Below are positions 36,139 to 49,624 of a stretch of 64,000 bases of DNA, piece by piece. The notes under the pieces are model-generated. The model was given only the letters and a program-made list of their open reading frames with translations. It ran no database searches and had not been told where the DNA came from. How positions within the stretch are numbered: the first letter of the stretch is position 1; the number at the start of each line of letters is the position of its first letter. The DNA is from Felis catus (Eukaryota): positions 185,134,001-185,198,000 of the forward strand of contig NC_058368.1 in NCBI RefSeq assembly GCF_018350175.1, read 5' to 3'. A program made the translations under genes and the position numbers.

Positions 36139-38714
36139 CACTACAACGTGCTTCAAGCTCATCTTGTATATTTCTTGCCATATTCCTACAGTCATGCCAT
36201 TTCTCCAAAGAGCCCTGTTTCCTTTCATTGAGAATGGTGTTAGAAGCCAAGATCTGCATGCTAGATACCATGGCCTCCAGGTATCTCAGCCAACAGACCA
36301 AGGAAATATATATGTGTATATACATATCTATAAACATTTCTATATTGTAACCATCTGTCATTACCCTAAACATGAGTTCATGTGGTATCTTCAACTCTAA
36401 TTTATTACTGCTTGCATCTTGCTAGTCTCTCCTCTTGCTTGTCTTTAACATTGCATTCCAACAATGAAAAATCTGGTCCCTACCATCCATCATCCATTTA
36501 CTTAATTTTTCAATTACAGTGTACTTTCAAAATTGTTAGCTCGCACCCCCACGGGAATACAAATGCAGTATAGTGCTTGCTTGCAGTTCCCTTTACTTTT
36601 TGTATTTCAAATTCCACTCATTTTTAAAGTTGTAAAGTTAGTAGTTGTCCCCCAATCCTTTTCAGTGAAGATGTTTCATACCTTTGTAATATTGTTGGAT
36701 TCCTTTGTCACATACTACTTCCCATCCTGTGATCCTTGGCCTCCTAAATGATTTTTCTTGAGGTTTGCATACATTAAGGTTCACACTTGGTGCTGCACAG
36801 TTCTTTGGGTTTTCACCAGTGTATTGAGTCATCTATCTGCCATTACTGTATTGTGAGGAATAGTTCTGCTGTCCTGAAAATCCCTTGTGTTCCATTTGTT
36901 AATCTCTCCTTCCCTCCCTACCCCCCAGACCTCTGGCAACCACTGATCTTTTTTTTTTTAACTGCTGATATTTTAAAATTATATCTATCGTTGCTTTTAT
37001 CAGAATGTCATATAGTTAGCATCAAATAGTCTTTAGCCTTTTCAGACTGGCTTCTTTCACTTAGAAATATGCATATTTTCCTTTCAAAGATGCATATTTT
37101 CTCTTTGTTTCTGCTTTTCTGTGGCTTGAAGATGACATACTTAAGTATGGATATTTTATTTTATTTTTGTACATTTATTTATTTGGATATTTGGGGGGGG
37201 ATAGGGATATTTATCCTGCTTATTGTTTTATGACTTTACTGAATATGTGGTTTGGTATCTCTCATTAATTTTTGAAAGTTCTGTCATTAATTTTGGAAAT
37301 TATTTCAAATATTTCTTCTGTTCAGTTATCTCTTTCTTCTCTTCTGGTATTCCAATAATATATATGTTATAGCTTTTGTAGTTGTCCCTCAGTTCTTGGA
37401 TGAGCTATTGCTTTTTCTTCTTCTTTTTTTCTCTTTGTAATATATATTAACTTGTGTTCAAGGTCACTGATTCTTTTCTTGGCTTTGTTGAGTCAATGGA
37501 TAAGACATCAAAGGCATTCTTCATTTCTGTTATTGTGTTTTTGATTTCTAGCATTTCTTTTAGATTCGTTCTTAGAGTTTTCATCTCTCTGTTTATCTTA
37601 CGCACCTTTTCTTGTATGTATTGTATTTTCCATGAAATTTTAATGTATTAATTGTAATTATTTTAAATTCTCTGTCTGATAATTCCAGCATCTGTGGCAT
37701 ATATGAATCTGGCTCAGATGATTGCTTTGTCTCTTCAGTCTGTGTTTTTTTCTAGCTTTAAGCATGCTTGTAATATTTTATTGAAAGCCATTGTATCAAG
37801 CAATAGAAACTGAGGTAAATAGGTCTTTGGCATGAAGAGTTATAGTAATCTTCCTAGGACTTGGGCTGTATTTAATAACTGCTATAGCTACAGATGCCAG
37901 AGACTTCAAAGTCCTCTGGGTCTTTGCTTTTGTCTCTTCTCTTGGTTGTGAGCTTCCCTTAGTACTCCTTCTCAGAGACAATCTGTCTTGTAGCTCTTTC
38001 AGCTCTAATCCATGGTTATCACACTGGAACCTTTTTGTGTGGTGGTAAGATTTGGGGAGGAAGAGCATTCTATAATGTTCTAATTAAAATTCAGTCTTTT
38101 AGTGGCCTTGTGTCCTGGGATCATGACATTCACAATTATTTTTCCCTTCCCCTTTTTTAGTTTGGCCATGTCTTCAGCTTCTTTCTTTCTTTCTTTCTTT
38201 GGATGGGAATGATAATTTCCAAACTATGCATGTCAGAGCTAAACGTGAAGATCTCCCTATTAACTTACTTTTGATCCATGCTCTTTTCCCCCAACTCTTG
38301 TTTGGCATTTCTTTCTACCTTTGGATAAATATTCTATGGAAGATGTGAGTTTATTTATTGTAAGGCCTCTATCATCAGATACTCTCTTACCCTCTAAGAT
38401 TCTGACAATATTATAGTTATACTTAGTTCTAGATCAGAATATCAGCTACTCCATGAAATCTCAGGTTTCCTCTCGCTTGGTTAGAATGAGTCTTTCACTA
38501 TGAAGCAATTTGAACATTTCTTGATCATAGTGTTCATCAAATTATATTACAGATATTTCTTTATTCAAAAATAAGTCCACTTGTATTTTCATATTTGATG
38601 CTCTTCATTGTAATTGAACAATTTTTAAATTTGTTGTTTAATGTTTGTTTTTCACTTTAGAATAATACTTCCATAAGTGAAAGAGGTATGTTCTTATTGT
38701 TCAACACTGTATCT

Positions 38715-38841
38715 CCATTCATTTATTGAACAAGTATTTTTGAATGTTTACTAGGTGCTAGGCTATTAGACAAGGAATTGGGGATATTAGTAACAAGAAA
38801 AATGTATTTTCAGGTCTCTTATAGCCTAGCAATAGAGGGAA

Positions 38842-38874
<33 letters not shown>

Positions 38875-39010
38875 TTATATAATAGTAATAAGTACCACAA
38901 AGAAAATAAAGGACATTGGGAATTAAGACTATGTGTTAGGGGCCCATCAGAATAGATCTCTTCAGAGATGACATTTAGGCTGAGATCTTAAGGGTACAAA
39001 GGAGTAAGAC
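38715..39010 (-). mobile_element. L2 3' end fragment
   Basis: TTCATTTATTGAACAAGTATTTTTGAATGTTTACTAGGTGCTAGGC...GATGACATTTAGGCTGAGATCT. Confidence 0.65.
38845..38872 (+). repeat. (CA)14 microsatellite
   Basis: Directly visible. Confidence 0.97.
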
Positions 39011-39214
39011 ACCAGAGGATAGTAGAATTGTGTCTAGCTTTCCAATCTGAGGATTCATATTGTATGACACTAGGGTAGAAAGGATTTTAATTTTTTTACA
39101 CTGAGTACTTCTGAGTCAACAATTATGCACCATATATTTGTGTTCATAATATATATAGTAGCACATCGTAGGAAAGGTTGCCTCCAAGGAAGAAAGAAGG
39201 GTTTATGAGTAGGT

Positions 39215-39440
39215 TTACATTTGTAGCTGCCAAACACTGAGATCGGATCACATGTTATTTAATTTAATTCTACTACAACCTTGAAAGCCATTATTGTTTT
39301 TTACATACAAGACTAATCAGAACCTCAGAAGACCCACGTTTCTAATCCAAGTCCACAGAACTAGTAAGTGGGAAAAGTAAGATACAAATCCAGGAGTTTA
39401 TGATGCCAAATTTCTTGTCCTATTGACCATATCATGTTAC
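39215..39440 (-). mobile_element. MIR fragment
   Basis: TTATTTAATTTAATTCTACTACAACC...CACAGAACTAGTAAGTGG. Confidence 0.55.
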
Positions 39441-40850
39441 TTCCTAACAACAAATACTGTTGAGTAAATAAATAAGTTAAGGCTGGAAAATCTGCTAAAT
39501 ATGGACATTTAAGTCATGGTTATACTATAGTATAGAATACATACTATAGTATATAAAATTTAGAATTTTAAGTATTCTTGATTGGGTATTTTAAGTTATC
39601 TAAATTTTATGTGGATGAATTGTTCTATCTCAGTTTTGAAATACTGTGCTTATTTCTATGACAACCATTCGTAATAAACTAATGTTTACCAGGCTGAAGG
39701 TGGCCAGAAGCTCAGGTTTTCAATCTGGATGTTTATATCTTAGAAACAGAGGTGAAAATATAAACCATTAAGCGGTGGGGTTTGTCACCTAACCCAATAT
39801 AGGAATGTATAGCATTCAAAAGATCAAAACAAAATGTGTTTTGGAAACAGTTTGGAGATGTTTTATATTCAATGGATTCTAAAATGTTAGCCCCTTTCAC
39901 CTATAGCCTCTGCAGCTGATAGCCTTCTGTTCACCAGAATGGGAAAATATGTTTCATATTAAGTGATGGCATAAGCATCTGTTTCTGTCATTTTGACTGC
40001 TCATCAGCTTCATTTCACATATGCAAATGATATAAGCTCTTTAAAAAAGAGCCCCATGGTGTAATTGACATTGTATTAAGGGTTGTAAAATTTGTTGTTC
40101 TCCTGGACCTTGATTTAACCCTTGGGTAAACTTTGAGTGCAATTCATGGCTAGACATTTAGAATATCTGATCACTTTAGTGAAGGCCAAATCCAGATTAC
40201 AGGTGTGTAGAAAGGTGGGAAGTATAATTTTAATGTCAAATGAAGGAGATGGTTAAGTAGACTGAGCCCTGGGACAGGTTGAGAAAATCTCGATTATTTT
40301 GATTTACTCAGGAGGGCAAAGTCTGAGTTTGCTGTTAGTGTGTCTTTATGTCCACTCCAATACCTTGTAATCTCCTTTTTTTTTTTTTTTAGCAGAAGAG
40401 GCCCAAGCTCCATCTTTGATAGAATAGTAGCTAACTGAAATGCCATAATACTATTTTGTTTTCAATATATCCATTTTTCAGATTACCTTCTATTTGTGGC
40501 AAATACGACTGTGAATTGGTTACTTGTATTTTTTTCACTTGAAATACAGCCACATAAGTAATAAAGACATTCAATTTAGAGAAAACAATGTGAGAAAAGC
40601 AACAGTAAAAGTGGCATATAAACTTAGTAATATCGTTCATTCATTCAACAAATATTGAGCATGTATTAATGCCAATCTTTATTCTAGACACTGGAGGAAA
40701 TAATAATAAATAAGATAGATATGATCCCCTTTAGCAGCTATACAACTTAGAGGGGAAAGCAAATAAGAAAAATAAATAAATGAATGAATATAAAATATAT
40801 TATATTGTGATAAATTCTAAAAACAGAGGTTAAGGGGATAGAGAGTAAAG

Positions 40851-40852
<2 letters not shown>

Positions 40853-40892
<40 letters not shown>
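40853..40892 (+). repeat. (GT)20 microsatellite
   Basis: Directly visible. Confidence 0.97.
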
Positions 40893-40894
<2 letters not shown>

Positions 40895-41253
40895 ATGCGC
40901 ATGTGTTCACTATTGTAAATAGAGGATACTCTGGGGGAAGTTTTTTAAGGATGACTGGAATAAATTGAAGTAGTTATCTATGTAAATATCTTGGACAAGG
41001 TAATTAAATGTAGAAGGAACAGCAACTATGAAGTCCTGAGGCAGAATAAACTTGGTGTGTTAGGAAAATAGCAAGAAAGCCATGTGGCTTGGCATGAATG
41101 AATATGGCAGATAGTATAGAAAGATGAAGTAAAGGAGGAAGAAGTGTGATATCATGCAAGCCCTGTTCACCATGGCAAGGAGTTTGCACTGCATTCTGAA
41201 TGTGATGGAAAGTTGTTGGAGATCTTTAAGTCAGGTTGTGCCAAGATCTGCTT

Positions 41254-41729
41254 TGTTAAAAAAATATGTCTTCCTGGTGATATTTACAGATGATAAAGAA
41301 GACTTTATGCAAGAGGAGACTTCTGCATTAAGTTTTAATGGGGGTTTTACAGTAAGGGAGACAGATTGGGTTCAATTCCCAATACAAAACAACTAGGGAT
41401 TTATATCCAAGGAGTAGGATGGGATCAGTGGCTAGACAATTACTAGGAGGAAACATCAGGGGTCAAGGGGATTTCAGCTAGACAGACTTGACAGTATTCT
41501 TGCTGAAGGCTGGCCAGAGTGATAAGATATCAAGGGTGGTCAGATACCAAAATGTGGGATATAAGGAATTAGGCTAGATATTGAGGGTAGGGGATTCTCA
41601 CTAAACTGATCCAGCAGGATTCTTGCTGAAACTGGATTCAGCAGGCCAAGGACAGAGCTCAAGGTTGGAGCCTGCTAGAGAAGACAGAGGAGCCTGACTC
41701 AAGTTTGATCAAGGAGAGAGCCCTTGTCA
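41254..41729. mobile_element. ERV1 solo LTR (MER31-like)
   Basis: TGTTAAA...TGTCA termini; AATTACTAGGAGGAAACATCAGGGG and CAGGATTCTTGCTGAA motifs recalled from MER31. Confidence 0.75.
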
Positions 41730-42123
41730 ATTTTACATTTGGAAATGCCGCTTTGGAAATTTTGTGGAGAACCAAATGTACTGGGTCACAAGTTGAAGTA
41801 AAGAGGTGAATAGGAAGGGATTGCGGTGCTCTAGGTGAGGGACAATGGTGAATTGGCTGCTAAGTACAATTGTACAAACTGAGGATCAAATAGGAGCTGA
41901 AATACAGCTAGAGCTTTGCTCCTCAACCTTTGTGTCCTGGCATAGAGTTGTTTTTACATAGAGGAGGAAAGTCCCTTTTCTAATCTTTGCAAAGTCATCT
42001 GTTAAGCCATGTGCTCACAGAAGGGGCATATTTTTCTAAATCTCACAGATGCTTCATTTTCTCATCCAGCTATATGCCTGCCCAAAGTGTGTACCTTTCA
42101 AAATGTTACACAATGACAATTTT

Positions 42124-42319
42124 TTTTCTTTTTTTTTCAGTTTGTCTTTTCACTTTTTTTATTTAATTTTTTAAAATTTACATCCAAATTAGTTAGCATA
42201 TAGTGCAACAATGATTTCAGGAGTAGATTCCTTAGTGCCTCTTACCCATGTAGCCCATCCTCCCTCCCACACCCACTGCAGTAACCCTCTGTTTGTTCTC
42301 CATATTTATGAGTCTCTTA
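42124..42319 (-). mobile_element. Short felid L1 3' end
   Basis: CATCCAAATTAGTTAGCATATAGTGCAACAATGATTTCAGGAGTAGA; perfect 16-bp TSD ACACAATGACAATTTT at 42108 and 42320. Confidence 0.93.
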
Positions 42320-43142
42320 ACACAATGACAATTTTAGTCCAGTAGCATCCTTGCTTCTACTATGGTTGTGATGATGGAAGTAGAGAGAAGATAAGTTTCA
42401 AGAGCTTAATCAGTAGGATTTGCCAATATATTACATATATTAGTTGAATAAAAGAGAGAAGTCAAGAATGTCTCCAAGGCTTTTGACCTGAACGACTGGG
42501 TGAGACGTATTGCCACTTAGTGAGATGGGGAAGCATAAGGAAAGAGGTAAGTTTTAAAGAGGGCAAGTTTTCTTAAAGGGATTTTTTTTGGACATGTTAA
42601 AAGTGAGATGCCTATGAGACATTTAAGTGGTGATGTTTAATACTAAGTAGTGTACATAAATCTGAAGTACAAATGAAAGGTTACAAAGGGGTACATATTT
42701 GAGAGTATCTGTACAGATAATATTTAAAGTTGAATGTGTGACTAGTGAATGAATGTAAGTTGAAAGAGAAGTGGGCTGAGGATTGAGGCCTGGAGTACTC
42801 TGACTTTTAGAGATCAGAAAGAGCAGAAACTAGCAAGAAGACTGAAAAGGAGCAGCCAGTGAAGTAAGAGAAAAGCTCAGGATAGTGTGATGTCAGAGAA
42901 GCCAGATTAAGCATGTATTTGAAGAACGGTAGAGTGATCAACTATGCTAAATGCAGCTAATAGGTTCAATCCAATGAGAACTGAGGACTCATCATTGGAT
43001 TTGGCAAAATGGAGGTAAGTTATTACCCTGATAAACATGGTTTGCTAGTGTGCAAGAAACAAAATGTCTGATTAGAATGGATTGAAGAAAAGCATGGGGA
43101 TAAAGAAATAGACCCAAAAGGTATGGAAAAAATTAATTATAA

Positions 43143-43360
43143 AAAGTTTTTATTTTAACTCCAGTTAGTTAACATACAGTGTTATATTAGTTTCAGGTGT
43201 ACAATATGGTGATTCAACACTTCCATACATTACCCGGTGCTCATCATGACAGGTGTATTCCTTAATCCCCATCACCTGTTTAACCCATCCTAACTACCCC
43301 CCCCATCCCTCCCCTCTGGTAACCATTAGTTTGTTCTTTATAATTAAGGGTCTGTTTCTT

Positions 43361-43400
<40 letters not shown>
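43143..43400 (-). mobile_element. Carnivore L1 3' end with (TC)n
   Basis: CCAGTTAGTTAACATACAGTGTTATATTAGTTTCAGGTGTAC...CCCTCTGGTAACCA. Confidence 0.9.
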
Positions 43401-43410
<10 letters not shown>

Positions 43411-44524
43411 ATTAGCAGCCTTGCCATAAAGGGAATAAGAAAAATGGAGTGGTAAGTGGAAGGTGTTGTGGGGTTTGGGTGATGGTGGTATCAATACTTA
43501 TTTATATAATGATGGGAATGATTCAGTAGGTGGATGATGAAGATGGGAAGTAAGTGAATTTTGAGAGATTCCTTTCCTATTTTAATATTCCTATGTTTGT
43601 AGATAGGATCTTGCAATTCAGGAAGTTAAATGAATTGTCTAAAATCACACCATTAGCTAGTAGCCTAGGGTTTCAGATTCCTAGCTCAGAACCACCCTTA
43701 CCACTTACATTGTTTGAATGTGTCTAATCTCTGGGCTAAGGTACTTGGGAAAGCATATAGAATTTGACCTTATCTGTTTTCATATTGTCTTCAAGGAGCT
43801 CAAGGATGAGAAAAGTCTCAGGAAACAATATACCATACCAAAAGAATACCTGAATTTTTGGAACAGGCATTAATTTTTGTAGGCATACAAGGAAAGAGTG
43901 GTGATGAATGAGTCATTGCTGTAAAGTATTTTGGGTTAAAAGAAATACATAAAAGGAGACATTCAAGAATGATTCTAGTATCTTCACAAGGCAATAAAGT
44001 GCACAAATTGATTAGAACCAGGACAACGGGTGGGTAGCAACCGCAGTGAGTTCAGTAGATAAAATGATTCCAACCTGTTAAAGGATGTGAAGGGCCTGGG
44101 AGAAGTTTCAGCTAACTGTGGCAGGAAATGGAAAGCTATTGGTTTCCTGAGGTGGAGGATTCGGGTGACATCCTGTTAATTTTATTTGTCAAAGGGATGG
44201 GTGAATCTTTAAAAATCTGAAAAGTTTTTAAGTCAGGGTAGGCGACAGGTAATAGTAACAGAAATCAGTGAAAGCAAAAAAAGGTTGCAGGAGATGTTCA
44301 GTTCAGTTTGAATTATGGGCAAATATACAACAAGAATTGGTGAAGACACATTTGGTATCAAAAACTTGGAGCTTGGATAAATAGGAGGAATTAAAGGTAG
44401 AATATTATGAGGCCATTATATAAAGTTGAATGTTGAATCTATGATGATGTGGTACAAAAGCAATTTGGGGTCATGGAGGAACAGGGGCTCAAGACAGAGT
44501 TTTTGCAGATACTCACACTCTAAT

Positions 44525-44680
44525 TTCTTTGAGCTTCCGTTTCTACTACTCTGAACTGTGGTTAATATTATATACCACATACCATATTCACAGCGGTTGT
44601 GAGACTTTCATTAAGTGAGAGATGTGAACATTCTTTGAAAATACGTGGTGTTATTTCAGATGCAGGGTGAAATTGTAATG
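44525..44680 (+). mobile_element. MIR fragment
   Basis: TCTTTGAGCTTCCGTTTCT...CACAGCGGTTGTGAGA. Confidence 0.5.
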
Positions 44681-45742
44681 ACAAATGACATAAACATGAT
44701 CAAATAGGATGGCATTTCAGGTTATTTAAAAAATAATGAGGTTATGAAAAGGTAAAATTACGTATCAAAAAGAGTGGCTTTAATAGGTTTTGTCAGGACT
44801 GGCTGTTGGATCTTCCTGCACATATGAGTTCCAAACTTTCAATTCAAACTGGAGTTTGAAAATGTAAAACAACTGCAACAGAAGAACATTTTAAAAATTC
44901 AAGTTGAGAAAACCGAAGTTGTGTAACTGTTGCTTTAAAGAAGCAGCTGGTAGCATATGTCAGGACAATTTGCAGCTATTATCACCTCTTTAAGATACTG
45001 AGAAAATTGAATTGCTGACTAATGTAGTTGGGGGTGAAGGTCACCTTTCAAGAACCCAGTGACTGCAGTATGATCCTATTTTAAAAATCCATCTTTGCAA
45101 AGTTGCATTTAGAAAAGAGCTTTCCTCTTACAACAAGTTATATTTTATTTTAAGATACATCAAGTTTGACTATATATATATATATATATACATATACAGT
45201 GAGCGTAGTATATATTTGTATCACTGGAAGAAAAGCCCATCTTCCTTACCTTTTTCTGTTCCCCTTCTGCCTGTAGACACCAGTTGTGGGGAAGTGGGAT
45301 TAGGAGGAATTTGGATGACGGTAAAAGGAAAAACAAGACAAATTAACAATTCAAAGGTATATTTTTTATGTAATTTTTTTACTGAGGTGTGGTGATGTGG
45401 GACAGATGTTTATGTTGCCGTGCATGCACTGTTATCTGTTAGGTTCTAAGACAAAGATAGAACCTGACTTGGTGTGAACAGGAGAGAAACTGCTCTGCAT
45501 TAAAATGTAAAATGCTGTCTCCACTGTTGGCAGGAAAAGCTTTTGCAGATAAATTTACATTTGAGAAAATATTGTTTTTCCATGAGAGTGTGTTTGCATG
45601 TATGTGTGTATATGCATTGTGATCTGATAGTTGAAAGTGTGAAAGTGTAAGGTGAAGGCATATCTTCACCTTACCACTGGTGGTGACCCTTCAAAATGCA
45701 TATTGCCTGGCATATAGTAGGGACATGATATTTTATGTTTGG

Positions 45743-46056
45743 TGTCTCATTTAGTTTGGGCTGCTGTAACAAATACCATAGACTGTGTGGCTTATCAACA
45801 ACAGAAATTTGTTTCTCAGGGTTCTAGAGGCCAGAAGGCTGAGGTTAGGTTTCCAGCATGGCAAATAGCATCCTCACATGGCAGAGAAGAGAAAGCAAGT
45901 TCTTTTGTGTCTTTTTATAAGGGCACTATCTTATTCTGAAGGCTCCGCCCTCACAGCCTCGTTACCTTGCAAAGGCCACATCTCCTAATACTATCACTTT
46001 GGGGGTTAGGATTTCAATGTGAATTTTGAAGGGACACAAGCACTCAGTCCATAGCA
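45743..46056 (-). mobile_element. MaLR solo LTR (MLT1A-like)
   Basis: GGGCTGCTGTAACAAATACCATAGACTG...CAGTCCATAGCA; perfect 5-bp TSD TTTGG at 45738 and 46057. Confidence 0.92.
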
Positions 46057-46852
46057 TTTGGAAAACTGACTGATGAGAAAGCCAAATATACTAAAAGCCA
46101 TCAAGATCAACTAGATTTGGAGTGTCAAAACTCTCTATCAGTGTGCAGTGTTGTGCTGGAGCCCTCCATCACCTTTTTCTAGAATGAATGAACTTCAGAA
46201 AATGTACTGGAGTGCTTAGTTGTGTTTCACTGTGAGCTTTGGATAGGGGGGAAGGCAATGGGTCCTATGACAAGATTGAGAATTTCTTCCAAATGAGGAT
46301 GGGGATTTGTATTTGTAGGGGCTCATTTTTGAGGATTGAGAAGAGGAAGGACTCACAGGAAATAAATCTGGAGACTGTGCATCACCATTTAAGAGAGCCC
46401 CGTGTAAATAGCTAACTTTTATTTTATAGTTTGTTCCCTCAGACTATGAGAAAAAAATGTATTCAGTATCCCAGTCTAATTTTTTTTTCTTTACCTTAAC
46501 TTACTTTAATTGTGTCCAGAACGTCAGAAAAATCTGATAAAAACACACAGACTTGTGTTAGAGTTTTGGGGAATTTGTATGTGGTGGTGGTAGGCATATA
46601 AAGAACCTATGGACCATCTAACATGATTAGTTCTACCGGCCTTTTCTTAGCTTTTACATTTTGGAAATAAAATGCAGCCTAGGAGTTAGGAAAAGAAAAT
46701 CATAACAGAGATGTCCGGCAACATGCCAGACAAATTGGCTTTGCTGAAACCTTTGGTGTGTTAGGATTTTGGCTTTGACATTAATAGTTTGGAGACATAA
46801 GGGCCTTTAATATCCAATAAGAAGGCAAACTGATTTAGACCATTTTAGCCAA

Positions 46853-47319
46853 TGCAGTGGTTACTTTTTTTGTGCCAACCTGATTGGGCCACAGGGTGCC
46901 CAGTATTTGGTCAAACATTACCCTGAGTGTTTCTGTGAGGGTGTTTATGGATGAGATTAACATTTAAATCTGTAGACTGAATAAAGCGGATTGCCCCTCC
47001 ATGATGTGAGTGGGATGCATCTAATCAGCAGAAGACCTGAATAGAGCTAAAAGGCCCTTCCCTGAGAGATAATTCTTGCCTGGGGGCCTTTGAATTAGGG
47101 CATTGGTATTTCTGCTTCTTAGACCTCCTGACTTGGACTGGAACTAAACCATCAGCTCTCCTGGATCTCCAGCTTGCCAGTTACTTTGTGTATCATAAGA
47201 CTTACCAACCTCCATAATCATATGAGCCATTTTCTTACAACAAATCTCAATCTTCCCCCCTCTCTCCCTCTCTCCATCTCTTGTTGGTTTTGTTTCTCTG
47301 GAGGACCCTGACTCATAGA
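46853..47319 (+). mobile_element. MLT2 (ERVL) solo LTR
   Basis: GGGCCACAGGGTGCCCAG...TTTGGTCAAACATTA...GGATGAGATTAACATTTAAATC...TGTTTCTCTGGAGGACCCTGACT. Confidence 0.9.
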
Positions 47320-47384
47320 GCTGCTGTCTTTAGTTGATCTTTTAATATACTTGCTTCCTTCATTAGTAAGTTCTCCAAAGGTAC

Positions 47385-48320
47385 TATATTTACTATTTCC
47401 CCTACTGCATGCCAGGCACTGTGCCAGCTGCTGAACATTCAGTACACAACACTACAGATATTGCCCCTTCTGTTTAAGCTCACAGACTAGTTAGTGATTG
47501 ACAATACACAAAAAAAAAAAAATGTATAGAGAATCTGGTACTTATAGAAAAAGGAGAGAGAACAAAGCCTGCTCCAGGACATGGAGAAGGCTTCCCAGAG
47601 ACAGTGGCATTTAAGTTAGGTCTTGAGCAATGAATAGGAAATACCCTGTGAAGGTGTTTGAGAGTCAGGGTGGAAAAAGAGTATTTACAAAGGCTCTACA
47701 CTCAGATAGGACTTTGCAGGTTTAAGGTATTGATGTGTCTGGAATGTAAGGAGGGAGAAAAAAAATGCTAATTGAAAGGGATCAGATTACACTGGACCAT
47801 TAAGCTACATTAAGAATTTGAGATTAGATTCTAAGAGCAAAGGTAAACCATGTAAAACCTTTACTCAGAATGTGACACCATCAAGCCCTGTTCCTTGAAA
47901 GAAAAATGAAATCACTCTGAATGAATGCCAGCAGGACAAAGGTGTCTGTGGAAGACCATTTGGGGTGACAGATAGTTATCCAGATGAAATAGGACAATTG
48001 CTTTGATTTGGGTGTTGTCAGGGAAAATAGAAGGAAGTAGATAGATAGTTGCATCATTTACTAAGTGAAGGAAAATTGGAGTCAAGCAGACTTTGTGGGA
48101 TGATTAAGAATTCTGCATTAGAGTGATACAGTTAGGTGGCTGATACCCATTCTGAAATGTTAAATAGGGAGGTGGAGCTTAGAATATAAAAATGTTGGAG
48201 TCTTAAATTAATTCAAGTCATGTGCCTGGAAAAGGTGGCTAAGGGCAGTGGTGGGGGCTATAGAAGGAAAAGAAAAGAAGACCCAAGACTAAACCCGAGG
48301 CATGCCCAACATTGTCAGGT
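47385..48320 (-). mobile_element. Old L2 fragments
   Basis: CCTACTGCATGCCAGGCACTGTGC and GAAGGCTTCCCAGAGACAGTGGCATTTAAGTTAGGTCTTGA. Confidence 0.65.
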
Positions 48321-48483
48321 TAAGAATGCTGGAACAGGGGCATTTGCTTTATCAAGAGGAGCAGCTTTTCTACATTTGTAACTTGGAATGATTTGCAGTC
48401 ATTTTGCACTTTACCCAAAGTGACCACTGATGACCTTTCTTGTAGTCTTTACCCTTTACCTAGAAATTCCTTCTCTTCCTCCC

Positions 48484-48537
48484 TTCTCTTCCTCAGTACA
48501 GCAAAGTCATTTCTCTTCCTCAGTACAGCAAAGTCAT
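48484..48537 (+). repeat. Perfect 27-bp tandem duplication
   Basis: TTCTCTTCCTCAGTACAGCAAAGTCAT x2. Confidence 0.97.
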
Positions 48538-49624
48538 TTTATTACCCTTTTTTCTGTCCCTGGATCAGAATAAACGTTTATTCCTTACTCTCCAGGTGGT
48601 GTTAGGTTATCTGACTTTAGTCAACCTCTCCCCACTCTGTAATTTAGCACCCAACTTCAATGTTTGCTGAATTTTATCTAGGACAGCTAAGCCCCTGAGG
48701 CATCTTCAGAAACAAGTAGGAGGTACTCAAAGCTCCTAAGTAGGATTCGATTTAGTTTGCTGATTATTGGCCCCAGAGTTGGCTCAGGATTCTAAAGGAA
48801 AAGAAATGCTAACCCTTTCAGGACCTGCAAGTTTTTGCAGTCAATATCCATGGACGTAACTTTAAAAGTAGTTCAGTGTATTCTCCCACCCTGGAAAAGT
48901 ACATTTTCAAGGGGAAGAGAATTAAGGCTGTTTCTTACCATAATCAGAGTCCTATTATCAAGGTGAAGCCAATTTTAAAATGTAAGGATTTTTAGATGTA
49001 GTAACTCCTAGAAATTTTTTATTTCAAACCTTTCTGTTCTTCATCCTTCTGGCTTTGAAGATAACCTTCAGAATGTAAATTGATGCAGCAAGGGTTGAAG
49101 CCCAGAACCAAAAATTCTGATGCAATATCTCAAAGAATGTTGTAGACTCTTTCTTCTGTACTGACTGCTAAGAACACTGTCAGTACTCAAAATGGAATAG
49201 CAGTAAGATTTTATTAGACATTAACTCAGTCCTTGCCTTGAGAGTTTGAGCTCCTCTAACTAGTTAAGAAGCACTGTGTAGCCTATTTACCATGAACAGC
49301 TGCCTCTTTCATTCTGGCATCTGACTGAAGGTTTCAGACGGCAATCTATTTTATGTATTCAATTTCATAAAGCAGAATAAAGAGCTACATAGTTCTGCAT
49401 CCTGGAATGAATAATGAGGTAGTGGGAGACTTTAGGTTCCATTTACTAGCAATTTTGTATGACCTAATATGTACCAAGATCTGGATTAATTATGAAAATA
49501 TAAGACAAAATCACTAGGACAGATATAGAAAAATAATTACTGTATGTATTATAAAAGCAGTTTAAGTTCAGAAGTAGGAATGGCCCTGTGTTTACTATTA
49601 TTATTTCTTAAATAATGGATTATT

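Larger units (their letters stand above)
34955..38250 (-). mobile_element. Old L1M (L1MC/L1MD-like): long 3' UTR joined to an ORF1/5' portion
   Basis: TTTACAGAAAATTTG...ATAGAGTT..., TATTAACTAAAGTCCATACTTTATTCAGATTT and GGAGTACTGGTCAGGTA (3' UTR); AAGGCATTCTTCATTTCTGTTA (ORF1 region). Confidence 0.8.
40635..43100 (-). mobile_element. L2 LINE fragments, interrupted by an LTR and an L1 end
   Basis: TTCATTCATTCAACAAATATTGAGCA (L2 terminus), GGACATGTTAAAAGTGAGATGCCT and GACTGAAAAGGAGCAGCCAGTGA. Confidence 0.8.

Noticed and set aside
42540..43025. Strong GAG|GTAAGT donors
   Set aside because: They lie inside L2 remnants with no matching acceptor; expected by chance.
48484..48537. Direct repeats as a CRISPR-like array
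   Set aside because: Only two adjacent copies, no spacers, and a mammalian context.
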